Shown: in pieces, positions 12,940 through 24,794 of the stretch
Position numbering within the stretch: position 1 is the stretch's first letter
Layout of the letters: each line of letters starts with the position of its first letter
Source of the DNA: Mobula hypostoma
Taxonomy: Eukaryota
Direction of reading: 5' to 3'
Assembly (NCBI RefSeq): GCF_963921235.1
Contig: NC_086098.1
Location: forward strand, 8,990,001-9,054,000
Length of the DNA stretch: 64,000 bases
Notes under the pieces: generated by a model
Seen by the model: the letters and a program-made list of their open reading frames with translations, nothing else
What the model was told of the DNA's origin: nothing
Databases searched by the model: none
Translations under genes and position numbers: made by a program

Positions 12940-13661
12940 ACAAAATACTCTGCAGATGCTGGGGTCAAAGTAACATTCACAACAAGCTGGAGGAACTCAG
13001 CAGGTCAGGCAGCATCCGTGGAAACGATGAGTCGACGTTTCGGGTCGGAGCCCTTCGTCAGGACCATAGGGGGAAGGGGCAGAGGCCCTATAAAGAAGGT
13101 GGGGGGAGGGTGGGAAGGAGAAGGCTGGTAGGTTCCAGGTGAAAAACCAGTAAGGGGAAAGATAAAGGGGTGCGGGAGGGGAAGCAGGGAGGTGATAGGC
13201 AGGAAAGGTGAAGAAAGAATAGGGGAAAACACAATGGGTAGTAGAAGGAGGCGGAACCATGAGGGAGGTGATAGGCAGCTGGGGGAGGGGGCAGAGTGAC
13301 ATAGGGATAGAGGAAGGGAGGGGGAGGGAATTACCGGAAGTTGGAGAATTCTATGTTCATACCAAGGGGCTGGAGACTACCTAGACGGTATATGAGGTGC
13401 TGCTCCTCCAACCTGAGTTTAGCCTCATCATGGCAGTAGAGGAGGCCATGTATGGACATATCTGAATGGGAGTGGGAAGCAGAGTTGAAGTGGGTGGCTA
13501 CTGAGAGATCCTGTCTGTTGTGGCAGACGGAGCGGAGGTGCTCGACGAAGGGGTCCCCCAATCTGCGTCGGGTCTCACCGATGTAGAGGAGGCCGCACCG
13601 GGAGCACCGGATGCAATAGATGACCCCAAAAGACTCACAAGTGAAATGTTGCCTCACCTGC
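12940..13661 (-). mobile_element. Penelope-like element 3' part: GIY-YIG endonuclease C-terminus, pyrimidine-rich tail and hammerhead
   Basis: 13331-13660 encodes VIYCIRCSRCGLLYIGETRRRLGDPFVEH..HFN..LEEQHLIYRLGSLQPLGMN. Confidence 0.9.
13027..13067 (-). ncRNA. Minimal type I hammerhead ribozyme motif
   Basis: Minus strand ATGGTC-CTGACGA-AGGGCTCCGACCC-GAAA-CG-TC-GACTCAT; core intact, stem II GGG/CCC. Confidence 0.75.
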
Positions 13662-13771
13662 ATCAAAGGATATGGTGAGAAGGCAGGCATATGGGGTTGC
13701 GTGGGAACCAGGATCAGCTGTGATGGAATGGCGGAGCAGACTCGATGGGCTGAATGGCTTAATTCTGCTCC

Positions 13772-13925
13772 AGTGTTTGAACACGGCCCAGTCCACTGGC
13801 TCAAAGCAATCCTGCAGCCGCTCTTCTGCGTCCTGCGACCACCTCTTTGTTCTCCTAATCTCTGTAGTTTTGCTTTTTAACCTTTGCCTGTATGTAGGTA
13901 GAAGTACAGCCATGCGATCCGATTT
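13772..13925 (-). mobile_element. Rex1/Babar ORF fragment (upstream of RT)
   Basis: SDRMAVLLPTYRQRLK..RWSQDAEERLQDCFEPVDW. Confidence 0.75.
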
Positions 13926-14536
13926 ACTGAAATGCGGTCTGTGCATGGAACAGTAGGCATTCTTTATTTTAGTATAACTGTGGTCCAGTATATGAAAAAG
14001 ATGGGGTCAGAAAGCCAGTGCTCCGTCAACACCCTGAATGATATGACTATTAAGGTTTGTACAAGTTTGTTTTCTTTCACGGTTCCGATTCTAAACTGCT
14101 GCAAGAGCACTTTTCAAAATCTTTTGCGTTTATCTGCAGTTCCACAAACATTAAGAAAACATGAGCTGCAGAAAACCACAATGTATGCACAATGCCCTCA
14201 AGAAGGTTTATTGAAACCCAAGTAAAATACCAAGGACATTATAATTATCTCAACCTGGGACATTTAAAAAAAACAGAAGAAGCTATTTTGTTTAATTGAT
14301 CTTCAACTTATTTGAACACCCTAAACTATAATATGCATTAGTTGCAAAGAACTGGTTGAATGTAACAAATATGTTTATTAACATAACAGAACATTTCTAG
14401 GTGGAAAACAGAAAGCCACATTAAAACCAAACAAACCACCAACGTGTAATCCTCACACCTATAACAGAAGTTAACTGCAGGATAATAAACACACCCAAAT
14501 TCAGCTAAAATATTTGAAACCTTGAACACTGAATTA

Positions 14537-15187
14537 CACTCAGTGGCCACTTTATTAGGTACACCTGTACACCTGCTTGTTAATGTAAATATCTGATCAG
14601 CCAATCGTGTGGCAGCAACTCAATGCATAAAGCATGCAAACATGGTCAAAAGTTCAGTTGTTGTTCAGACCAAATTTCAGAATGGAGAAGAAATGTGATC
14701 TAAGTGGCTTTGACCGTGACATATTCTAGGTGCCAGATGGGGAGGTCTGAGTATCTCAAACTGCTGATTTCCTGGGATTTTCACACACAGCAGTTTCTAG
14801 ACCAGAGTTTCCCAACCTGAAGTCCATGGAGATCTTTGTTAATGGTAAAGATCCATGGCATGAAAAGGTTTGGGGATCCCTGCTCTGAAGTTTACAGAGA
14901 ATGACATGAAAAACAAAAAAACATCCAGCTGTGGCAGTTCTGTGGACAAAAAGGCCTTGTTAATGACAGAGGTCAGAGGAGAATGGCCAGACTGGTTCAA
15001 GCTGACAGGAAAGTGACAGTAACTCAAATAACCATATGATACAACAGCAGTGTGCAGAAGAGCATCTCTGAATGCACAGCATGTCAAACCTTGAGTGGAT
15101 GGACTGCAGCAACAGGAGATCCTAAACATTCACTCAGTGGCCACGTTATTAGGTACAGGTGGTAGCTCATAAAGTGGCCAATGAGTG
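14537..15187 (+). mobile_element. Tc1/mariner non-autonomous element with both TIRs
   Basis: TA + left TIR at 14537; right TIR ending 15187; decayed transposase N-terminus; extra internal left-TIR copy at 15131-15156. Confidence 0.9.
14803..14882. mobile_element. hAT-Charlie-like mini-MITE nested in the Tc1 element
   Basis: CAGAGTTTCCCAACC...GGTTTGGGGATCCCTG; flanks TTCTAGAC and CTCTGAAG; absent from the Tc1 copy at 50778. Confidence 0.65.
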
Positions 15188-15957
15188 TTTATTGATGAAT
15201 TTATTTTTAAAGAATATCTGAGGATTCTGTTGTTTCACTTGCTCTAGTGGGTCCAGTCACCTCCTTCCTTCCGATTCCCTCCTAAGAAGATTGAGGTAAG
15301 CAAAGCTCCTGCTGTGCATCTCAACCACATTTTACAGGAGTTACCATTGCACGCCACCTCGGCTGAACTTTCAGTAACAGACTAAGACAAATTGTACTGC
15401 TCCAAAGAGCGCTATACGAGGTCATTCTTACTGTCAGCCATCAGGTTCTATAATGAGTCAACCTGTATCTGGGGATGTGATCTTGTAATTTTTGACTTGT
15501 AAATCTTATTTTTAACGTAACTTATTTTTCTTCTTTCTTACTTCTCTTCTAATATGTGTATACCTGTGCACTTGTAATGCTTCTGTGACACTGTAATTTC
15601 CTTTGGGATCAATAAATTATCTGTCTTTGAGACTGTCCTGACAGGTTGCATCTCTGTCTGGTCTGGGAGCAGCCGAGAGTCGGACCAGAAGTCCCTATAA
15701 AGGACTGCCAGATCAGCTGAGAGGATCATTGGGGTCTCCCTACCACCCATCGGGGACCTTTATCAGGAGCCGCTGCGTATGCAGGGCCCTTAGTATCACT
15801 AACGATCCCACCAACCCATTCAGCATCCTCTTTAACTTTCTACCATCAGGCAGGAGACTCTGATGCATAAAAACAGGAATGGTCAGGATGAGAAACAGCT
15901 TCTTCCCCAAGAACATTAGGCTTCTGAACTCCCTACTGGATTGTATTGAAAGTGTCA

Positions 15958-17867
15958 GGTTACTATACGACAATCCTACTGCTAGGATTAAAATCAATGG
16001 ATATTTATCTAATAGTTTTGCCCTAGAAAGGGGCACGAAACAGGGTTGTGCATGGTCACCAGTACTCTTCGCATTATATCTGGAACCAGTAACTCAATAC
16101 ATTAGACAAAATGAAGATATCAGGGGAATAACTATTAAAGGGACAGAGCATAAATTGGCCTGTTACACAGATGACATTTTGATCTATCTAGGGCAACCAA
16201 CATACTCTTTACCTAAATTGATGCAATCCTTTGAACAATATGGCCAATTATCAGGATACACGATCAACATAGATAAAACCCAACTACTTTCATATAACTG
16301 TAGCCCACCAAGAGAATTTGAAAGTAGATATCCTTGGGCATGGCAAACAGAGTCTGTCAAATATTTGGACATCATTATGCCAAAAGATTTGGCAAAATTA
16401 TCAGAACGCAATTATCAGCCTATATATAAAAAAATTAAGGAAGATATAACAAGATGGAACCTAATTCCTTTTCTTGGTCTCAGTTCAAGGATTGAATCTA
16501 TTAAAATGAATATACTGCCCAGACTACTATATCTCTTTCAGACCCTACCAATAGAGATTAACCAAAATCAATTCAATGAATGGAACAAGATGCTATCAAG
16601 ATATATATGGCAAGGTAAAAGGCCTAGGGTTCATCTCAAAACTTTGCAATTAGCCAAGGAAAAGGGGGGATGGGGCCTACCTTCTCTTAGAGATTATTAT
16701 TTTGCAGCACAGTTGAGAGCTGTGATATGCTGGTGCAACCCATCATATGACACTCAATGGAAAAACATTGAGGAGAGGATACTTTCCATCCCCATACAGG
16801 CAATTTTGGCTGATAATAACCTACCAAGTTACATAAATAATATTGATAACCTGTGGGTGAAATAGACTCTTAAAATATGGAAAACTATTATAAAAGAATA
16901 TAAGCTAGAGAGAGACATTGCAATTCTTAAATGGTGTACATATGACGCGGATTTTACACCGAATAAACTGGATGCTAGTTTTAAGGACTGGACAGCTGAA
17001 GGAATAACAGCTATTTGCAATATAATGAAAGGAGGAACACTGTTCAGTTTTGAAATGCTCAAAGAGAAACACTTATTAGAAAAACAAGACTTTTACCGGT
17101 ATCTACAGATGCGACAGTATGTTCATAGGACGGTTAAAAATATAACCAAGGCAAGTACATGTCTGATAGAGCTATTTAGAAAAGCATATAATTCAGACAA
17201 CAGTAGTGGAATCATTTCAAGCGTGTATAAGAGTTTGTCAAATTGTAAAACATATTCGACTTCATACATTAAAACAAAATGGGAGAAGGAAGGAGGGATA
17301 ATAATATCTGAGGAAGACTGGACAATAATATGGAGGTATCAATGGAACTGTACCAGTACACAGAAATGGAGAGAGTTTGGGTGGGAAAACTTAATAAGAT
17401 ATTTTATTACACCCTCTCAGAAATCCCATTTTGATAGTAACATCCCTGTTTGCTGGAGAAATTGTGGAAATCAAAATGCAAACCATTATCATATTTTCTG
17501 GGAATGCCCCATTATCAAAGACTATTGGAGTGGGATACATAATGCCCTTCAAGACATCTTCAAATATGAAATACCTTTAGAGAGTAAGACCATATATTTT
17601 GGGTATATACCTCAAGAATGTTTGAAAAGAGATAAGTATTTAATAAATATACTGCTGGTGGCTGGTAAAAAGTCCCTTACCAGGAAATGGTTATCACAGG
17701 AGAGCCCAACTTTAAATGTATGGATGGAAATTACAATGGACATTTACAAAATGGAGAAGATAACAGCATCTGTTAATCATAAGTTGGAACAATTTGATTC
17801 GTACTGGGGAAAATGGTTTAACTACATAACACCTCATAGGCCTGATTTTATTCTCACAAGTCAATGA
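15958..17867 (+). pseudogene. L1 ORF2 reverse transcriptase 3' half with a single in-frame stop at 16863-16865
   Basis: ORFs 15879-16865 and 17025-17867 share a frame; I read the intervening codons as open. Confidence 0.85.
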
Positions 17868-18089
17868 ATATAGTGTAAAAAAAAGATCACTCCCTACTTT
17901 GTACATAGTTTTCTTCTTTCGATTGTTCTTTCTTTCCTCTCCTTTCTATAAGTGCGTATCAGATAAATATTACGTGGAGATTTTTGACAAATATGATTAT
18001 ATGATATATGTACAGTATTTGAAAGACATCTTATAGAAATATTTGTTTGATGATGAACTTCAAGAAAAAAATAAATTACAACAAAAAGG
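15958..18089 (+). mobile_element. L1-clade LINE, 5'-truncated, with RT and C-terminal CCHC region
   Basis: RGTKQGCAWSP, YTDD, CWRNCG..NHYHIFWECP; A-rich tail; 8-bp TSD AAGTGTCA at 15950-15957 and 18090-18097. Confidence 0.93.
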
Positions 18090-18361
18090 AAGTGTCACAG
18101 GTTTATCTGTTCCGACTTTACAATACTTAATATTAATGTACTTTAGTTCGTTATTTACGTGATGCATTTGTAGATTTTATCCTTACCTTCAGAAGTTATT
18201 GTGTGTTATGTGTACTATTGTAATTTACACCCTGGTTCAAAGAAACGTCTCATTTCTATATACATTATATGGTTATATATGTTATATACATGTATATAGA
18301 TAAAGGACAATAAACCTGACTGATATTCTCTCACTCTTTCTCTTCTAAGTGCCTTTGAAAG

Positions 18362-18590
18362 TGTGGTAAACCATATATATGTTGTAACTGGGTTAGCTGT
18401 CTGGACACGCCCCTCTGCTGACGGCCCCTGTGGCTCCTCCCACAGATCCCTGAATAATGGTGATTGCGCCCTGCCCCTCCCCCTCAGTCCAGGGGCAGAC
18501 ACTCACCATGGAGGTTGTATTGTACAGCGAATAAAAGCCTTTCAGTATTTTACCCTACTTCCGTCTTTTGGAGTTATTCAAGGAGCTTCA
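18362..18590 (+). mobile_element. Solo LTR (229 bp)
   Basis: TG...CA; internal AATAAA; exact 5-bp TSD GAAAG at 18357-18361 and 18591-18595. Confidence 0.85.
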
Positions 18591-18840
18591 GAAAGGTTCC
18601 TGCAAACAAAGATTGTTCTCCACAAGCTGGAAGTATTTCTCCAACAGAAATTCAATGCCAGTGATTAGTATTTCATCCATCAGTATAGATAAGTATAATG
18701 AATCATTTATTTTCTTGCAATACTTTCTAGAATATTCTTTCCAATCCTATGGGACAAAAGGAGGTAGTTTGAACCATTGGATCTGTGTTGGCACATTCCA
18801 ACTCTCCTATTCTTTCCCCTTTCCCCTTGCGCTGTATCAG

Positions 18841-19127
18841 ACAGACACACACACACATTCACTGTCACTGTCTCACACACACACACACATTCACTGTCAC
18901 TGACTCACACACACTCACATTCACTCTCACTGACTCACACACACACACATTCACTGTCACTGACTCACAGACACACACATTCACTGTCACTGACTCACAG
19001 ACACACACACATTCACTCTCACTGACTCACACACACACACATTCACTGTCACTGACTCACAGACACACACACACATTCACTGTCACTGACTCACAGACAC
19101 ACACACATTCACTGTCACTGACTCAGC
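18841..19127. repeat. Minisatellite, ~30-bp unit (CA)n-TTCACTGTCACTGACT
   Basis: About 9 tandem units visible. Confidence 0.95.
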
Positions 19128-19939
19128 ACGTACCATTACCAACATGACTTAGTTAAAATGTTGCTGGTTTTGCTCCACGCGTACTCCACAGCCCTGACAA
19201 CTATTTTGCCCAATGTGCTCCTCTTTGCCCTAACTGAATCTGCCTCCAGTGAATCCAAAATCATAACTACTCTGCATAAAATATCATCTTTCCTTACTTT
19301 GTATCTGTGGTTCCTAATACTTGAAGCATTGACAATTGAGAACAGCTTTTTTCCACTTCACTTGCTCAGGTTGGCATGATCTCTGTCAAATCCTCTCTAT
19401 CAACCTTCTCTGTTGCAATGAGTGTAAATGAAGGGTCATATATGAACATCAAAATGCTGTATATGAATATCAAAAGATGGAAGTGTCTAAAATCTGAAAT
19501 AAAAATGGAAAACACTGGAAATACTCAGCTGGTCAGGCAGTACCTGTGGAAAGAGAAGTGCATGTAACACATTTCACGACATTTGCCGGCGATATTAAAC
19601 GTTATTCCGATTCTGGAGTTTCAGGTCAGAAAGCCTCCTTCAATATTCTTCAACTTGAAGTGTAACTCTGACCTGTTGAATGTTCCGGCACTTAGAATAT
19701 TCCAGATTTGCTAATGATCTCAACATATCGATGCAGTAATAAAGAAAGTAAGGCAGTGGCTAGATTTCAGCTTTCGCTGACAATGTTCTACAGTTGTACC
19801 GTGGAAAGCGTTCTGACTGGCTGCATCACTCTCTGGCATGGTGGGGTAGGGGTGCTTGCAAAGATTCAAAGTAAGCTGTAGAGAGTTGTAAAATTAGCCA
19901 GCTCCATCATGGGTACTAATCTCCATGGTATCCAAGACA

Positions 19940-21160
19940 TCAGATCAGCTCTCGATCCCCTGCAGATTGCCTATAAGGAGCGCAATGGAGTTGGCAATGC
20001 TGTCATCTACCTGCTGAACAGAGCTTACTCCCATTTGGATAAGCAGAGCAGCACTGTGAAGATCATGTGTTTTTTATTTCTCAAGTGCCTTCGATACCGT
20101 ACAGTACTCACTACTGGAGGAAAAGCTCTGTTCAGTGCAGGTTGGCACTTCCATTGCATCCTGGATAATGGACGACCTGACTGGCAGACCACAGTTTGTG
20201 CACCTTCAGAGCTGTGTGTCAGACATGGCCATAAGCAGCACTGGGGCCCCACAGGGGACTGTATTGACTCCCTTCTTGTCTATCCTGTATACCTTGAACT
20301 TTAGATACAACACTGAGTCATGTCGTCTGCGGAAATTCTCTGATGACTCAGCAATAGTTGGGTGTATAAAGGGATGACGGGAGGATGAATACAGAGCCCT
20401 GGTGGAGGACTTTGTCAAATGGTCGAAGCTGCAGATCAACATTAGTAAGACACAGGAGATGTTTATGGGCTTCAGGAAGACTAAACCTGCATTGCTCCCT
20501 GTCACTATTGATGGTGAGGACGTGGATGTGGTGAGGATCTACAAGTACCTGGGGGGTGCACCTGGACAACAGACTTGAGTGGAGCACTAACACAGAGGCT
20601 GTGTACAAGAAGGGTCAGAGTTGCCTCTACTTCCTGAGGAGACTGAGGTCCTTTGGAGTATGCAGGCCTCTCCTTCATATATTCTACCAGTCTGTTGTCA
20701 CCAGTACAACCTTCTATGCAGTGGTGTGCTGGGGCAATGGCATCAACATGGGTGATGCCAGCAGGCTCAATAAACTGATTAAAAAGGCTGGCTCTGTTAT
20801 AGAAGTTAAACTGGACACACTGGAGGCTGTGGTAGAACAAAGGACCCTACGGAAAATCCTGGCAATTCTGGACAATGTTTCTCACACTCTGCATGCCACC
20901 TTGGCTGAACAGAGGAACATTTTAGAGATAGACTAAGACACCTGCGTGCTCCAAAGAGCATTACACGAAGTGATTCTTACCCTCGGCCATTAGGTTCTAT
21001 AATGAGTAAACATATAGTTGGAGGAGTGATGACCCCCTCCTGTTAGACTGTTTGAGGTAACGTTTTTCATTCTTTCTACCTGTCTTCTAATATTTATATC
21101 TGTGCACTTGTAATGCTACTGTGACACTATAATTTCTTTTGGGATCAACAAAGGATCTAT
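19940..21160 (+). mobile_element. Rex1/Babar LINE RT and 3' end, nested in another Rex1-like fragment (~19780-19939, 21161-21510)
   Basis: LDPLQIAY, SSTGAPQGTVL, KFSDDSAIVGCI, LYFLRRLRSF. Confidence 0.9.
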
Positions 21161-21699
21161 CTTCAAGAAGCGATGATTCAAAAGGGTAATGCCCATCATT
21201 AAGGACCCCCATCACCCAGGTCATGCCTTGTTCTCATCTCCACCATCAGGAAGGAGGTGCAGGAGCCTGAAGGCACACGCTCAGTGATTCAGGAACAGCT
21301 CCTTCCCATCTGCCATCTGATTTCTAAATGGACACTACCTCACTATGTTTTTATTTCAATTTTTGCACAACTTATTTATTTTATACTGTATATACCAACT
21401 GTAATTCAGTTCTTTTTCTATATTACCATGTATTTCACTGTACTGCTGCCATAAAGCTAACAAGATTCACGATATACGCCGGTGATATTAAACCTGATTC
21501 TGATTCTAGAGTGGTGAGGCTAAAATCTTTCACACCCGGAACTATCCTAATTTTTCTTTCCTTCACCCTTTTCAGAACTTTTCTATAGCGTGACAACCAG
21601 AAATGCATATAATAGCCAGGTGTGGCCTAACCAATTTATAGTAGCATTGGCAAAGGTTTAAGAAGCCAGAGAAACTAATAACCATTAAAAGTAATTCAA

Positions 21700-22527
21700 A
21701 GGATTGGAAGTACATTTATTATCAAAGAATGTATAAATGACACAACATTGAGATTTGTCTGCCTACAGGCAGCCACAAAACAAGAAACCTGAAAGAACCC
21801 AATTAAAAAAAAACCAACACCCGATGCACAGAGAAAGAGGAAAACCAGAAATCAGGCAAAGCAACAGCATTCCGAACCAAATTGAGTCCATTGACCTGAA
21901 GCCCTGGACCAGCCAGAGTAGGCCCAAAAGCCTCAGTCTCAGTTCATTGATAGCGGGGCAAATCGCCGTGCAGCTCGCCGACATGAAGTGCTTAGCAGCC
22001 AGAGCAGTCTCACAGCCTCAGCACGGCAGAGAAAGGAGTAAGCGTCACAGACAGCGATGAGAAACGGTCCAACCCTTGCCTTCGATCCCGGTGCCACACC
22101 TTCCCTGTCTATCTGGGTTGACATTCAAATTGCCCAAACACCCGGGTCCTAGTGCAGTGATACACTCTGGGCTTAGACCTCGCCACACAGACTGTAGCAT
22201 CCTCGGCCTCTCCAAATCGGCTCGGTGCTTGGAGCAATCCAACCTCGCACCTGCGTTAGGTGGACAGGCACCGAAACTCCTCGGCCCCAACGCCTCCCCA
22301 AATCGCTCAATCCGACTCCATTTTCAGCAGTAACACCATCTCCACCTGTGAGCCCATCTCGAACATGTTATGCTCCAATGGAATCAGCTTCGCCTCCGTT
22401 CATTGTTTGCAGTGATAGCTTAACACAAATTACTTCAGAAAAGGTGTTATTAATAATATTTTCAGCTGATTTTCTTGCCTTTTGAACCACCAATATCAAC
22501 TTCAGTAGCGCCATCTTAAACCGGAAT
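21700..22527 (-). mobile_element. Non-coding retroposon-like element with an AAGATGGCG head
   Basis: Minus-strand start TTCCGGTTTAAGATGGCGCT; 3' end GATAATAAATGTACT tail. Confidence 0.55.
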
Positions 22528-22571
22528 ATATGTATCAGAATCAGAACCAGGCTCATTGTCACTGATATGAA

Positions 22572-22875
22572 GTGTGGGCACGTGGCCAAGTGGTTAAGGC
22601 ATTCGTCTAGTGATCTGAAGGTCGCTGGTTCGAGCATTAGCTGAGGCAGCGTGTTGTGTCCTTGAGCAAGGCACTTAACTACACATTGCTCTGAGACGAC
22701 ACCAGTGCCAAGCTGTATCAGCTCTAGTGCCCTTCCCTTGGACAACATCGGTGGCGTGGAGAGGGGAGACTTGCAACATGGGCAACTGCCGGTCTTCCAT
22801 ACAACCTTGCCCAGGCCTGTTTCCTGGAAACCTTCCAAGGCACAAATCCATGGTCTCACGAGACTAACAGATGCT
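22572..22875 (+). mobile_element. tRNA-derived SINE with a CORE-like segment
   Basis: A box TGGCCAAGTGG (22583-22593), B box GGTTCGAGC (22627-22635), GTGTCCTTGAGCAAGGCACTTAAC; second copy at 55387-55690 (-). Confidence 0.85.
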
Positions 22876-22973
22876 ATAAATATATGTCATGAAGTGTAAT
22901 ACATAGAAATTACTGTAAGTTACAGTAAGAAATATATATACTATACATAAAATAAATAATGGTGCAAAAAGAG

Positions 22974-23108
22974 GTCTCCTGATGAATTACCTTGGCCCAA
23001 ATGTCAGCTGTTTATTCCACTGCAGAGGTGCTGCCTGAGGCTGCTGAATCTCCCAGCATTTTTTATGTATTATTCTGGTTTTCCAGCATTGACACAATCT
23101 CTTGGGTT
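22974..23108 (+). mobile_element. Short Penelope-tail insert starting at a degenerate hammerhead motif
   Basis: CCTGATGAA...CCCAAATGTCAGCTG followed by the shared TGCTGCCTG..CCAGCATT tail. Confidence 0.6.
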
Positions 23109-23119
23109 TCCAGAACAGT

Positions 23120-23570
23120 TAGGTAGTGTTCAGGGGTTCATAGACCATTCGGAAATCTGATGGTGGCGGGCAAAAGGCTGCTCCCAAAATGTTGAGTGTG
23201 CATCTTCAGGCTCCTGTACCTCCTCCCTGACGGGATGACGGTAGTAGCGAGAAGAGGACATGCCCTGAGTGGTGAGGGTGCTTCATGATGGATGATGTCA
23301 TGTTGAAGATGTCCTTGACTGTGGGGAGCTAGTGCCCATGATGGGACTGGCTGAGCGAGCAATCCTCTGTAGCTTGTTCTGATCCTGTGCATTGGAGCCT
23401 CCCTATCGGACAGCGATACAACCAGTCAGAATGCTGTCCATGGTAAATCTGTAGAAGTTAGCTAGCCTTTGGTGACTTACCAAATCTCTTAAAATTCCTA
23501 ATGAAATATAGCCGTGCTGGCATGCCTTCTTTGTGATTGCATCAATACATAGGGACCAGGATAAATCTTG
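23120..23570 (-). mobile_element. Rex1/Babar 3' fragment
   Basis: PSGRRYRSLKMHTQHFGSS motif. Confidence 0.75.
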
Positions 23571-24121
23571 AGACATAATGTATGCAGTACAACATCTAAT
23601 GAAATACTACCACTATATCAGAAGATATATCTATTTAGCGATTTTAATTTCCAAATGTATTTATAAAATGGCTTAAAATGCCCCTGTTGAAAACTTTGCC
23701 CAAAATGCTTCCCTAAAGGAAAGTGTTACTTACTGGTGCAGACAATTCTGTTAGTTCCATCTTCACATTATTTTCTATAAGGCTATCAATTCATGTTATA
23801 TTCCTCTGGGAGAGAACTAACAACTGAAATGAGAAGTCATTAATGGTGTAGTGTCGACTAAAGTTCATCCCTTAAAATGGATTAAGAGTGCAGGGGGTGA
23901 AATGCCAGTAAACCACTCTGCAAGGTGCAACGTGTTTTCTGTTTACAATCCTTCCTCACTCGATTATGATTACCTGTTGCTAGAGATTAGGCAAATTCTG
24001 AGGGAAAAAGACAACCATTACTACTCGTGCACACCTCCTTGTGGCTACTTTCAGATCAGCAGTGAAGGTAAATGTGAGAGATCATTTGGACTGGCCTGCT
24101 GGGGTATTCAAGGAAGGTAAG

Positions 24122-24590
24122 AGCATAGGACCATAAGATATAGGAACAGAATGAGGCCATTTGGCCCATCGAGTCTGCTCCGCCATTTCATCATGGTTGA
24201 TCCATTTCCTCTTCAACCTCATTCTCCTGGTTTCTCCCTGTAACCTTTCACACCCTGACTAATCAAGAACCTATAAATACACCAAATGACCTGAACTCCC
24301 AAGTTGTCTGTGGCAATCAATTCCTCACATTCAATAGGTTTCATTGAGATATCCCCTCATTCTTCCAAATTCCAGCGAGAAGAGGCCCAGAGCCATCAAA
24401 CACTCCTCATAACATAAGCCTTTTATTCCTGGAATCATTTTCGTAAACCTCCTCTGAACCCTCTCCAATGTCCCCACATCCTTTCTTGGATAAGGGGCCC
24501 AAAACTGCTCACAGTACTCCAAGTGAGGCTTCACCAGTGATTTACAAAGTCTCAACATTACATCCTTGCTTTTATATTTCAGTCCTCTGG
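24122..24590 (-). mobile_element. CR1 3' fragment
   Basis: YKSKDVMLRL..VKPHLEYCEQFWAP. Confidence 0.9.
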
Positions 24591-24794
24591 TACGAGCAGA
24601 AAGCTTTAACAAGGAATAATTTCCCAAGGACCTTCGGAAAGGGAATATGTAAGTGGGCCCCTCGAGATTGTTTCTATTTATTCTATTTAAAGATACAGCA
24701 CAGAACAGACCATTCACGTCCAATGAGCCTGCACCATCCAATTACAATCATGTGACCAATTAACCTACTAACCCATATGTCCTTAGCATGTCCT

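Noticed and set aside
13331..13804. 157-aa GIY-YIG ORF as a domesticated gene
   Set aside because: Its N-terminal part is read from antisense CR1 tail and Rex1 sequence; it is a chance fusion to a truncated Penelope fragment
18841..19127. Regularly spaced repeats resembling a CRISPR array, and His/Thr-rich ORFs
   Set aside because: The spacers are just (CA)n variants, there are no cas genes, and the context is eukaryotic; it is a minisatellite
22572..22645. tRNA-like sequence (also near 55620-55690 and in V-SINE heads)
   Set aside because: A and B boxes run straight into a SINE body with no complete acceptor stem; not tRNA genes
23851..24120. 89-aa ORF in non-repeat sequence
   Set aside because: GTG start, weak splice acceptor and no recognised domain; cannot be supported as a CDS
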